Source of the DNA: Phoronis australis
Lineage: Eukaryota; Animalia; Phoronida
Assembly: GCA_002633005.1 (NCBI GenBank)
Contig: NMRA01000071.1
Location: 555,628 to 619,627, forward strand
Direction of reading: 5' to 3'
Length of the DNA stretch: 64,000 bases
Shown: positions 52,301-64,000 of the stretch, piece by piece
Layout: each line of letters begins with the position of its first letter
Numbering within the stretch: the stretch's first letter is position 1
Program-made: the position numbers and the translations under genes
The notes under the pieces: generated by a model
What the model was told of the DNA's origin: nothing
Seen by the model: the letters and a program-made list of their open reading frames with translations, nothing else
Database searches by the model: none

Positions 52301-55300
52301 AAGCCCATCCTATGAAATGCCCATGGGTGTTTATTTAGTGTTTCAACTTGTGTCCAGTGTCCAGACTGTGGAGCATTTAATTGAGAAATTTTCCTCTTAA
52401 AAGTCCACTCAGCATCAAATTTTTGTGACCAGTTCAGTTTTGTGGAGCATTTATCATTGATAAAAATGAACAAGGTGTTGGCAAACTATGCATTTATTAA
52501 CAAAAAATTAAAAGACCCAGTTTTAAGTAAAAAAATGTCAAAGTCAGCAAAATTTTGACTTTCTGTTTACACGCCCCCTTTTCCAAATAAACGCCTGGCC
52601 ATTTATTTGGTGTTGCTAAAATGCCTGAAATTTTTCATTTTCCCAATACACACCCATGGCTTATCTATGGAAATTACCTTTCTGACTGAGAGTTGCAGTT
52701 TCTGTTGGAAGTTGCATCAGATTGAAACTGACACTTGTAGATGTAGTGTGCATTGAGTGAATGAAGAATTGTATTTCTATACGAGGTTTTGTTTCTTGAT
52801 TTCATTATGGTGTGTTAGTGCCTATTAATTGTTATACCTATTTGAAATGTACAATCCCAAAACATGTTCAAAGATTCCCTGTGTGGGTAGTGCCATGTGT
52901 AAATATGGGGGGGGGGGGGTCATGCTGGCATAATACATCACTGCATTAAGGTATTCATCTTAAATTATATTTACCCGTTCAGGAAGGTTTATTATCAAAT
53001 GAAATTAAACCTGTTCAGTACCATAATCCAACTTTTATTAGGAAATATTCAGGAGGACATCTTTCTTTCTTCGGACAAACACTAACTGGACTTAGTGGTG
53101 ATGATTATGTGGTGACTGCATTGTCCACCATCATCAGTCTTATACTGGGAGTAACCATGACTACATGTGCTCAGTGCTATGGGTGACATGGGAGCATTGT
53201 GAGATTAGATTCAGGATGGGTCATCACTCATCATTTTCAGCCAGGATTTACAGTAAAACTCTGCTGGTAGAATTGACCGTCATGATGGGATATGGTGCTT
53301 TATCTGTTTTCTTTTGACTTGCGGTGTATTCCGTTTGTAAAGCTTGCTGTTGCTCATATGCGTATTAGTAACATTTTGAGAAAACTTCAATTTTAGACAC
53401 ATTTTCAGAGGAAATTTGTATTTTCTGATTTTCAAATGATTTACAGTATTATTGGTTTCTTTTAAATTATGCCTTTTAGTTGAATGTTTTGATGAATCCA
53501 GACAATTTTCAAAGAAGTTCGTCGACTGGTTTGTGAAACAGTTGTACAAAAAGTGTGTGTGTGTTAGTAAAGAGGTAACTCTTAAATACTGTGTGACCTT
53601 GACCTAGTTAATGTACATTGATGTTATTGTGTTGTAGTCTTACGTGCCTCACCACACTTCAACTCTGAGATGTTATAATGTTCTGTTGTAGGCTGGGGTA
53701 AGAAGTTGACCTACGTCATTGCATTCTCTAAGGATGATATTCAGGATGTCACATGGCGGTATTCAGCCAATCACAAGGATGTGCTGTCGCGGAGGACTGA
53801 AGTGCGAGAACTGTGGTTGGTAGAAAGTCTTCTAAAGCTGAGAAGAGAGCGTCAGGCGTCTCTCCCCGAGCCTCGACGAGCAGAACTGCTGAAGAGGACG
53901 ATAAATGAACTGGTGGAAATGATGAGTGAAAGGAGCGAGGTTAAGGAGGGTGAGATGATTGGTCGACAAACTGGGTCATTGGCATGGAGGGTGGCACGGG
54001 GGGAGGCAGGGGCACGTGCTGCTGCCAGTGCCTCTACATCATACGTGTTTAGACTGACACCTGAAGAGCAGAGTCAGAGGGCGCTGCATGTCAAGTATTG
54101 CTGCGCTAGTGATAAGTATGTGAGAGTGTCCACTAGGGGACAGGAGACTACTGGTTGGAATGGTCACGTGTTTGAGGCTGACAATGTGTTCAGGAAGGTG
54201 GAAGATGACTGGAAGATGGCGTATCTCGCCAGGAATGAAAGGACAAACACTGCTAAGATCTCATGGAAGTTTGATTTCACTGGTCAGTGTTCATTTTATA
54301 CCATTTTGTAGTATCTGGTGTTGATTGAAGGTGTTACGAACCTGTTATCCATAAAAATGCATTAAGTTTTGATTTAGACTACTTAACCATGATTATCCAT
54401 TTGGTCTTGACTTTTTCATTACTCATATTAGAAGTGACATTTGCACTTTTTAAGAACTGGCAGTTTGGGTTTGGGTAGACTCATTAAGGTAGCTTCACCT
54501 TACATGTCATTTTATGCACCAAAAATATGGCTGGCTAAATAGGCTGTTGTGCAGATTGGACACCAGATGGAGCACTAGTTGGGACATTGGCCATTATGCT
54601 TTTGCACATAATATGGCAGACAAGTCATTGAGCCTCATCTCCAGCAACTTCTAAGTGTAGTGATCACTTCTAAGTTTAGTGATCACTTCTAGTAAAGTGA
54701 GTTTTGTGGTGGCAAGGGGTGAAAACAATTCCATAACCACTCCTCTCAAATTTAAGTGCGTCTCTGAAGTTCAAGAGCATCTCTAAAGTTTAAGTGCATC
54801 TGAAGTTTAAGTGCATCTGAAGTTTAAGTGCATCTGAAGTTTAAGCACATCTGAAGTTTAAGCTTTGATCAACCCAACCGCAGTCCTGGATCAGCAAACA
54901 ACTAATTCACAAGACAAATTCTAGACCTGTGCCCTAAACTCCACACGGGCTGAAAATGTTCCATAGGCAGTGACCCACTTGTATCAGTGGGAGAAGAATC
55001 TAGTGGTTTAGTATACAGTTTGGTCACTGAGCCTGGGGTGTGTTTTTGACACGTCTGTGGTGTTGGTACTGTGGGTTGAGTGTATGCTTGTCTGGGGCTA
55101 ATGTTTAGTTGATGGAAGCTAGGGTTCAAGAGTCATGGACATGGAATCATTCCCAACCCCTGTAGTAGTCTAAACCAAATGTTTGTTTCTCAATTGCATT
55201 TGAAGCAAGAGAAGAGCTTGGCTATTCATAGTATCATATGCTATTCATACTGTCATATATACTATTCACTCTATCATATATACTATTCACACTATCAACT

Positions 55301-57530
55301 GTCATTTGCCAGCATAATGTTTAGTTTGTTTTTGTACTTTCATGTACAGTTGAGTCTGATAACACCACAGTGTTGGCACATTATGCTGGTGCCATGTTTG
55401 CACAGTTCACGCCAAAACAAACTAGATAAAATAACATGTCCCCACCATGGTGGTCAAATGCATATTTTGTGGCTTATTATGACTCTTCATGACATGTCTT
55501 AGTGACTGTACTCGCAGGCTTCTGATGGTGCTGTCACGGCCTGTATACATGTCTATGTGTCTGATGGTGCTGTCACGGCCTTTATACATGTCTATGTGTT
55601 GGATGGTGCTGTCACAGCCTGTATACATGTCTATGTGTCTGATGGTGCTGTCACGGCCTGTATACATGTCTATGTGTTGGATGATGCTGTCATGGCCTGT
55701 ATACATGTCTATGTGTCTGATGGTGCTGTCATGACCTGTATACATGTCTATGTGTCTGATGGTGCTGTCACGGCCTGTATACATGTCTATGTGTCAGATG
55801 GTGCTGTCATGACCTGTACAGTGTACACATGTCTATGTGCAGCATAGAGTGCTATGGAGATGGTTGGACATTTGTGTATCTTATGTCTTTGCTTGTGTCA
55901 TGGTGTCTTTTTTAGGTATTAGAAGGTTGGTGTCCACTTGTTTGGATCCTAACAATAGGAATTCCATTTTTCTTCCATAAATTCCATGTCATACATATGA
56001 TGGCCAATTCTGTTGGACTCAGCCGTCATGATGGAGAATCACATACCATTTGGTGTCTATAGAGACTCTGATTACTCATTTTAAAATAACAAAAATCCAT
56101 TTTAGCAAGCGCAAAATTTCTTTTTAGTTTCATTTGTAAATTAGGAAAGTCACATTATCTCAAAGTAGTTATAACATGGAAATTGCCTTCTGCTGAATTA
56201 TGTCTCAGCTGTGTTTTATTGGTAGCCTGATGCACGCCATGTTTATTTTTTCTCGGTAGTGGAAAAGAAACAATGCCATATTCTGGATGTATGAACAGCT
56301 ACTTGAACATATTCTTGATGTATGAACAGCTACTTGAACATATTCTTGATGTATGAACAGCTACTTGAACATATTCTTGATGTATGAACAGCTACTTGAA
56401 CATATTCTTGATGTATGAACAGCTACTTGAACATCTCTGCTGCAAAACTGTGGTTGATCAGTTTGTGGTCAGAATATGTCAAATTGGATAGATTGCATTG
56501 CTACTGAATTTTGGCAATTTGGGAATTAAAAACCAAAAATATTAGAATTAATGTATCTAATACTGAAATATGTTAACTCCGTTGAATTCTCTAATTCCGT
56601 GAAAGAAGTCAGATTCCAAGAATTCCTTTACCGCAGAAAACAGATTCTTTATACAGCCATGAACTGTGCATGTTGGGACCTTGATGTCTCTATGCACCAT
56701 GTAATTTGTATGTCAGCACTTCGATGATGTCGTGTCTAATTCATACCCCCTATACACCATGTGCTCTGTATGTTTATTTGTTCGGTCCCCAAGGTCACGA
56801 CTAATTGAAGGTCTCAATACACCATGTAATATGTGAGTTAGGAGCACAATGTCATGACTAATTCACCAGTCAAAAGTTTGTTCTTATCTCAGTCTCTTCT
56901 CCTTTCTCATTCAGTGTTTGTGTTATTTCCAGACACCAATCTATCTGTAGACCAACTGGAGGTCAGAGCTTCTAGCCAGACGTTTGAGTCTGGTCAAGTA
57001 TCTTGGCGCCTCTGTTCTGAAGATAACTGCATGGTGTTACATGGGGGTGAGACATCCTTTCAGAAAATTTTATTATAATTGATAGACATTTTAATTACTA
57101 TGATGCAAAGAAACAGGTGTACCACTCTCTCCTTTGTTAGTATCTATGTTAAGGAGGTAAGCTCCGCCCACCGATACATGATGACCTTAGGGAGTATGAC
57201 AATCAGAATGTCTCTTAAGTCACTGCTGAAGGATTGGACCCGGTATCCCCTCGTTTTTAGTGTGGTTTTCACTTATTTGTTGTTAACCATATTTTCCAAT
57301 CAGTATTGACTAGATATGGAGTCCCAAGACACTGACTGTTACCATTATCACCTATTACAGGTGCTATCTCCACCAACTGTGAAGCGATGCGGGGTGCCAG
57401 AACATTGACACTGACTGCCCAGCTAAGTCAGGGGACTGGCGACAACGCTTGGCAACATACGCAACTGTTCAGGCAGGGCTTGGATGAAGTCGACACATTT
57501 CCATTGGAGATCAAGGTCACACTAATTTAA
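49393..57530 (+). CDS. NGLY1: Peptide-N(4)-(N-acetyl-beta-glucosaminyl)asparagine amidase (PNGase / N-glycanase 1), 662 aa
   Basis: Exons 49393-49614, 50423-50698, 51117-51732, 53692-54282, 56933-57046 and 57361-57530 (1989 nt). PUB domain (LLKFANNILNDPSNPRYRKIRISN). Transglutaminase-like core with two CxxC Zn pairs, RFPRYNHP, TRRGRCGEWANC, TDHVWTEVY, YEAGWGKKL. PAW domain ending AWQHTQLFRQ. Confidence 0.97.
51838..52079. repeat. 22-bp minisatellite in NGLY1 intron 3
   Basis: Unit CAGTCCC(C/T)ACTATGACAGTTGA. Confidence 0.95.
55520..55840. repeat. 39-bp minisatellite in NGLY1 intron 4, ~8 copies
   Basis: Unit CTGATGGTGCTGTCACGGCCTGTATACATGTCTATGTGT. Confidence 0.95.
56277..56433. repeat. 31-bp minisatellite, 5 copies
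   Basis: Unit CATATTCTTGATGTATGAACAGCTACTTGAA. Confidence 0.95.
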
Positions 57531-58594
57531 CAGGGCCACTCCCACAAAGAGGTCATACTGATTTAACAGGGTCACTCCCACAAAGAGGTCATACAACTGG
57601 AGCTGCCATTGTTAGCCACACTCATTTGATCAGTTGCATAACTCTATACATCTCAAGATTACCCAACACTGAATACATGGTGGTGCTGTGTTTAGATCAG
57701 ATAGCACCTGTTTATATGTCTGGCTCATACTCTGGCATACTGACACCAGGAAGTTGTTTGAAGCCCTTGCTGCTGGATTTTGTTACGACAGTTTTGGTTG
57801 GCTGTCAACTGACTTTATAGTCGGGAAGTTAGCATCGTCAAGATTTCACATTGTAAGTTGAAGCCATGTTCGTAAACTATGACTTATCAGAGGATCAATA
57901 GAATTCCATTTTATGAAATTGGAATGGCCAATGGAATTCAAAGAAGACCCATTACAGCGTTTTCCGGTTGCTCCCAACTTGTTCGATTCTATAGCCCAAC
58001 AACAAGTTGGGAAGTTTACCCCTGTAGCCAATATCTTACACGACTGATTAACTCCATTCTGACATTTATGGTTGGAGGGCCAGCTCTCTTTTGTTCGATA
58101 ATTGCTCTAATCTCCAGTGAGATCCTATCTAGCCTGACTGGGATGTGCTGTAATTAACTGAAAAATACGACTGGGATAATCAACGAACCTTATTTTTGCT
58201 AAAAAAGACATGAAAAAGGGTTGCCTTCGCCTTTAAGTGTTTTAATCAAAAGTGACAATGCCTCTTCCTCCTCAAGAGGTCACTAGTGTCTGCATCTAAG
58301 AGACAAGTCTCATATTGTAGGCTGTTGTTCAAATGATATTGTACTCAGATCAAAGAAAGTGATTTGCATATCGTGCTACGCTGTCCTAACGATTCACAAC
58401 ATTTGAAAGCGGTGAACTAAACGACTCACCCACACTTGCATAATTTATGCAGCTGACTTTGAGGTCACATCTCGGGTTAATGCACAAGACTACTTTGTCA
58501 GCTGATGTGTGATGTAACCTTTAAATTGACATGTAGTTTGTAAATATTTGAATGTTGTGCTGATTGACTGATTACAATATAAATTATTTTCATT

Positions 58595-58600
58595 AATAAA
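58595..58600 (+). terminator. Candidate polyadenylation signal of NGLY1
   Basis: AATAAA about 1.07 kb after the NGLY1 stop, followed by U-rich sequence. Confidence 0.5.
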
Positions 58601-58693
58601 TTCTTGATGTAATATTTTATCAAATTCTGTTATTGGGAGAATTGCACAAACCTATGATGCCTTCTTAAACCAAGAGCTGTGAAAATTATTCTT

Positions 58694-58699
58694 TTTATT
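58694..58699 (-). terminator. Candidate polyadenylation signal of FBP
   Basis: TTTATT on + (AATAAA on -), about 210 nt after the FBP stop. Confidence 0.55.
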
Positions 58700-58906
58700 A
58701 AAGGTAATTATTCAAAGAATTTCTAACAATAAGATCTTATCCACAAACACTTTATGGCACACCACTGTCGCCCATACTTATACATTGTTCTGTCTGCCAC
58801 CCATACCTTATGCATAGTCTATCCATTGGCTCATTAATTACACTTCTAAAATCACTGTGTTATAGTGGAGTGCGGCCACTGCAATCTTTCACATCGTTTT
58901 TGTCCT

Positions 58907-61706
58907 TTATTTCTCAAACTTCTGATACAGCTCAACTATCTCAAGAACTTCCTCCTTTGACCCTAAGAATGTGGGAGACCTCTGGTGGATAAACTCTGGT
59001 TTAATGTCCAGAATGGGTTCTTTGCCTGTGGTTGCCATGCCGCCAGCTTTCTCTATGATGTACGCCATGGGGTTACACTCGTACAGCAGTCGTAGCTGTA
59101 ATGAATGAACAGACAGTACATTACAAGTTAATATTTATAGTAACACAACTAACCATCCACTCAATAGAGTTCATCCACTGAATAGAGTTCATTGATCGTT
59201 TCAATGCAAAGAGGCACTGCTGCTAACTTTTTTACTGCACATTGAAGTTTGTACACTTTTGTGCATGAGACATTCAAACCATGTGCAGCACTGTCTTGGA
59301 ATACCATCAGACTTTGTTCAAGTTATGGAAAAAAGCCTTTTGTTTTGGTTCTGTGATGCGATAAACTGTCACTCTTATTATACGGTAACCATTAAAGATA
59401 AAATGTCGATGGATGAAGACATGGTTCTCACACATCTTGAAGAGTATAATATCATATGTGATGACGGAATTATTGACTAAGACATGGTTCTCACAGATCT
59501 TGAAAAGTACTTGGATTTGTTTACTGGCCTTGATTGAAGTCTTTGATTCTGAATATTTTTCCATTGTTGTGTTGCAATTATGACAATTTTACACTGAGAG
59601 TGCCAAAAGCCAGTCATTGGTACAGATTGCATCGATTTACTTGAGAATCCTGAACACTTTACTGACATAAACGATTGTGAAAATTTTGCCAAAATAGTAC
59701 ACGAAAATTCCTTAAATTTGGGTTGGCAAGTACTTGCAGCTGACAATGGACAAAGAATGAGAATGACTTTGGAACAGTTTGTCACAGTGAGAAATATTGG
59801 TTATTACAATGAAACTTGATTTACACCAGTTACAGACATGGTCTCAACTTGTTCCTAACTCTGATAAGAGATTTCTGGGGTTGTGTTCAGTACAAAACAT
59901 TACCCAAAATACAAAAACAACTTCTTGAGCCTCTTCTCATACACATAAGTCGTCAGTTGTCTACAAGCTCAGAAATCACGATGAATCTTAATGAGAAGCT
60001 GGATAAAACAAATGTATGTCGGTAAATGGTAAAAACCAAAGGCCATTCAGAAGGTTTATTCTTAACCGGCAAGCTTTTAAGATCAGCTTAGGATTGATAC
60101 ATTATATTTTACAGGTACATGAACGAGCAACCTTTCTAGTTTTACACACACAGTGGATGGAATAGTTTTCTACAAAGAGAAACCTTGTGCTGATTCATGG
60201 TGAAAAATGTGACTACATCTTGAAGTTGTTGATTTTAAATCTTCAGCTAGTTTCCATTGTAGTGGGTTTAAACTGTTACAGATTAAGACACCCAAGGAGG
60301 TAGTGCTATCATGGTGAACATAATAACTGCAAACTTGGCAAAGCAAGTTAGAGACTTAATGAGTCGTTTACCTTGCCATTGGGGGTCTGTGAGGTGGCGG
60401 GGTACATGAATATACCTCCATACACCAGGGTTCTGTGTACATCAGCCACCATGGAGCCTACATATCGGGCAGCGTATGGCTTGCCATGCTGCAAGAGAAC
60501 CGGACGACAGTCAGCCTCATAAATTAAAAGTGAAGTCGTCACATACACACAGTCCTCACTAGTCAAACATGGATTCATCAAATACACAGAACACACTATA
60601 GTCAAACATGGACTCATTACAGGTACACAGTACACACTACAGTCAAACATGGACTCATTACAGGTACACAGTACACACTACAGTCAAACATGGACTCATT
60701 ACACATAAATAGTCTGCACTAGTCAAACATGGACTTGATCGCCTATACACAGATCAGACTATAAAAGTGTTTCATTTTCTATGAGTTTGTCAAGACAAAA
60801 TTTTTACAAACTGACCATTTGTTCTGTACATACAAACACACAAAGTACATGTTACACACAATGTATGTGTTACACATAACAGAGAGTTTGTACCTTGGGG
60901 TTCTTCTTACGCTCCACAAATGCCTTGGTCGCCTCATCCCAGTAGTGACTGTAGCCTTCATTCAGCGAGTAGATCAGCTTGCCACGTGGCTTCATTTTAA
61001 TGTTGGGTGAAGTCAGAATAAACTCACCGATACTCTTAAGGATGAAACAGCAATGTGTGAGTGAAAGGAAGGGGTCAGGCACTGGCTTGTCGTGGACTGT
61101 TTGGTAATTAGTTAAAGTCAAACACTGGTTACAAACTAAGCAAGCAACATGTACTTATTGAAAGCCATTTGCATGGTACTGATGAAGAAAACTTACAATC
61201 TCTTCCTCACAAAACAACCCGCATCAATTTACGTATCACCAAGAGTGAATCAATTTTTAGTATTTAAAGAGTGTTCAGCATTCAGATTTCCATGGGTTGG
61301 AGTTGTTTTTACACTATCAGCCTTTTGACACATTCAAGTCCAAATTGAGTGTAAAGATGTGGACAAGTAATGTGCGCCTCCCCACGCCTCGTCTCTAGGT
61401 AAAGGGTGAAGTAACTGGATCAAGTACATCCATTCTGATATGGATCAAGGGAAGGAAAACAAACTGTGAAATGCCATACATTACTGGGCTGTGTACCATC
61501 ACTGAGCACACTGACAATACTGGGCGGTGTACCCTCACAGAAAACATTAATATTACTGAGGTTACCGGGTCGAGTGTGAAACCATTGACTCCATTGCCTG
61601 TGGATAACACCACCATAGTCGCACTCCCATAGAGGGCATACCCAGCAGTTACAATACTGCGACCAGACTGTAATGCATCTTTAATGGTAGGTTTTGCATC
61701 GTCCTC
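58907..61706 (-). CDS. FBP1: Fructose-1,6-bisphosphatase class 1, 3' four coding exons (5' exons not found in window)
   Basis: Exons 61706-61566 ([10 protein letters not shown]...FTLDP), 61034-60894 (IGEFIL...YSLNEG), 60488-60372 ([23 protein letters not shown]...NGK) and 59095-58907 ([19 protein letters not shown]...stop); all phase-0 GT-AG introns. Confidence 0.96.
60550..60735. repeat. 41-bp minisatellite in FBP intron
   Basis: Unit ACAGTCAAACATGGACTCATTACAGGTACACAGTACACACT. Confidence 0.9.
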
Positions 61707-62654
61707 CTGAAACACAAGAGATCAAATGAATGTACACAGAAACGGACATAGTAACTACTGCACCACTAAACACTACACAGTTAGTGTTTATCATCACAGA
61801 ATACTATATACATTACTTCATACTACCATTCATTGCAGCACTGCTGACATTAAAAGTAACAAGAGGGACAATCTGGTTTGCCAAATGCCTCTATAGAATA
61901 CTGCTCATGTAAATTTCCCCATACAGTATGGGTAGAACACTGCATGTTCTTGTATCTTCACAAAATTAGCAATGGCTCTAACATTTTGTAAGGAGACTAC
62001 ATGGAACAAAAGACATCCTCCTTATTCGACTTTATACAGATGTGAAGATTGAAGAAATTGTGAAAAATTGATATATTCAACAAGAATTTTTAAATTCTTG
62101 TTGAATATATCAATTTTTCACAATAGCTTCAATGTTATTAAAATAACATCAGTTGTTTCTATCAACACAACTTGAGTAGTTGTTGTCAAAGCATCGCCAT
62201 GCAAGCAGAAGCACAGCAAGCTGGTTATTACCATGACGACGGAATAGCTGAACAACACCCTTGATTGTGACCAGCAAATCTTCCTACCTCACGGTTTGCA
62301 CGCGTTTTCTCAGTAAAAGGGTACTTTTGTCATGAACATGTCAATTGTCATTTTTCGTCAACCATAAATCAGTTCTCACTACCTCAGATCTGTACTCACA
62401 TACCACATTTTGTTTCTTATCCATTATCTTACCTAGTGAAAGATTTAGCGTGACTTCCATGATTTTGGCTGACCCACTCCATGCTTAGAGGCGCTTCATT
62501 TAGTATTGCCATGTGTTGAAATTTAGGAAAACACATACTTGTCCAAATATTCTTGAAAATACTGCAGGTAACCGAGAACATGTGCCACTAATGATGTCAT
62601 CACGGCGTCAAAAGTCCCATCTTGAAAGCTCAAATTTGGGGTATGATGAACACG

Positions 62655-62755
62655 ATGCAATAATACTGACATGCTGCAGTAATAAAGACATGTTGCAGTA
62701 ATACTGACATGTTGCAGTAATACTGACATGTCGCTGTAATACTGACATGCTGCAT
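62655..62755. repeat. 19-bp minisatellite
   Basis: Unit GTTGCAGTAATACTGACAT. Confidence 0.85.
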
Positions 62756-62919
62756 TAACAAGATAAGTTCAAAGCATTTAAAGAGAAAAAATTTGGTTTA
62801 TAAGAACTGAATTGTGGTTGATGAGAAAAGAACTACAGCTCTTAAACAAGAGCAATGCGGAGATTTCAAAAGTGCCCACGAATGCACTGCAAACGGTGTG
62901 CTTCTATTGTTGTTTATTT

Positions 62920-63668
62920 GTACATAAAAATTGCCACTAGATAGTGCAAAACACTTTGAATCCATCCGAAAACAGGGAACATGCCATAGTTTCTTTAACA
63001 GAAACCTATTCACCAAATATCATAAAAATCTGCCACGGAACTTCAGAGGAACAAAAGACAAGAGAAAAAAAATGATATTGCCACTAGGGGGCACAGTGTT
63101 TGTCGGATCCGTTTGAAAGTAGTCGATGTCTGTTGTTAACTTCATATAAATACACTTACTAAATTTACTAAAGATCCTGCAGTGGATTTAGAAGACAGCT
63201 TTGGGTGCAAAACAACACAAAACTGTCACTACAAGGCACCACTGCCCGTAGTTGAAGTCATCATCATCAACCGACCTCTTCACACATTTATGCCAACATT
63301 CAAAATCATCCTTAGAATGGTTTGGTTGATAGAGGGGCGGATGCCAAAAACAAGACACGAAAACAGCAACAATGGCCACTAGGCGGCACAAAATACCTCG
63401 AATTCACCCAAATTTTATGAAAATCCGTTAAAGACCTTTGAAGATACAGTAAACCCAAAAAAACTAAAATTGTCACTAGGGGGCATTCCAGTAGTCGGTT
63501 ACGTCCGAAAGTTCCCTCATGATGCTGTCCCATCTATCAAAGGAACACGTGCAAAATTTCACGAACATACGTCAAAGGGTTTTGGAGACAGTGGTGGACA
63601 CCGGATGGACAGAGATAGGGGGATGACGATATAATGAGTCCACATATAAATATGTGGGCACACAAAAA
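62920..63668. repeat. Same Helentron/HINE-like repeat family, opposite orientation
   Basis: Repeated GCCACTAG(G/A) motifs, a GGAC-like stretch, and a terminal hairpin GTCCACATAT..ATATGTGGGC followed by an A-run. Confidence 0.5.
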
Positions 63669-64000
63669 TGAGTAATTGCTGTTATGAGAAACTAATGCTA
63701 TTAACGAGTATGCGCACATGACCCGTGAGGGGGAAGATTTCCAACACTATTTGTACAGTTACCAAATCCAACCCAAACCAACCGTGAGCATGTCACTACA
63801 GACTAGCGATGTTTGACAATGGAGTGAAACTGGCAGTCACACTTTTGTCAACTAATTTCTGACATCTTGCAGATGAACTCTGGTACATCACACCCAATAC
63901 ATAGTTAGAAAGAAAACTTTGACCACGAAATTCAAGGACTCGTCAAAACACGTGTGCATACTCAATGCAAGGTCATTCTAGAACATCAATTGCAATCTCC

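Noticed and set aside
61707-64000. 5' exons of FBP (FDPLDGSSNID motif)
   Set aside because: Not found on the minus strand here; they presumably lie beyond the window.

Overview
Intron-rich, AT-rich, repeat-dense animal (invertebrate-type) genomic DNA, not prokaryotic. Manual GT-AG splicing with phase checks gives five protein-coding genes. (1, 2) A tandem pair of 3-exon genes (14220-16695, 20708-23357, +), each encoding a 387-aa secreted protein with a signal peptide, a PAN/Apple-like domain and an olfactomedin domain. (3) An 8-exon, 383-aa gene (34521-42474, +) that the ORF track shows only as fragments; it has a hydrophobic segment, a basic/NLS region and an acidic tail, and I cannot assign a family. 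(4) A complete 6-exon NGLY1/PNGase (49393-57530, +). (5) The last four exons of fructose-1,6-bisphosphatase (58907-61706, -), convergent with NGLY1. The rest holds a decayed piggyBac, a LINE 3' fragment, CA...TG DNA elements with 5-bp target-site duplications, a Kolobok-like element, Helentron-like repeats carrying CTCF-type motifs, many minisatellites, and two assembly gaps. No database searches were run; family calls come from motif recognition.
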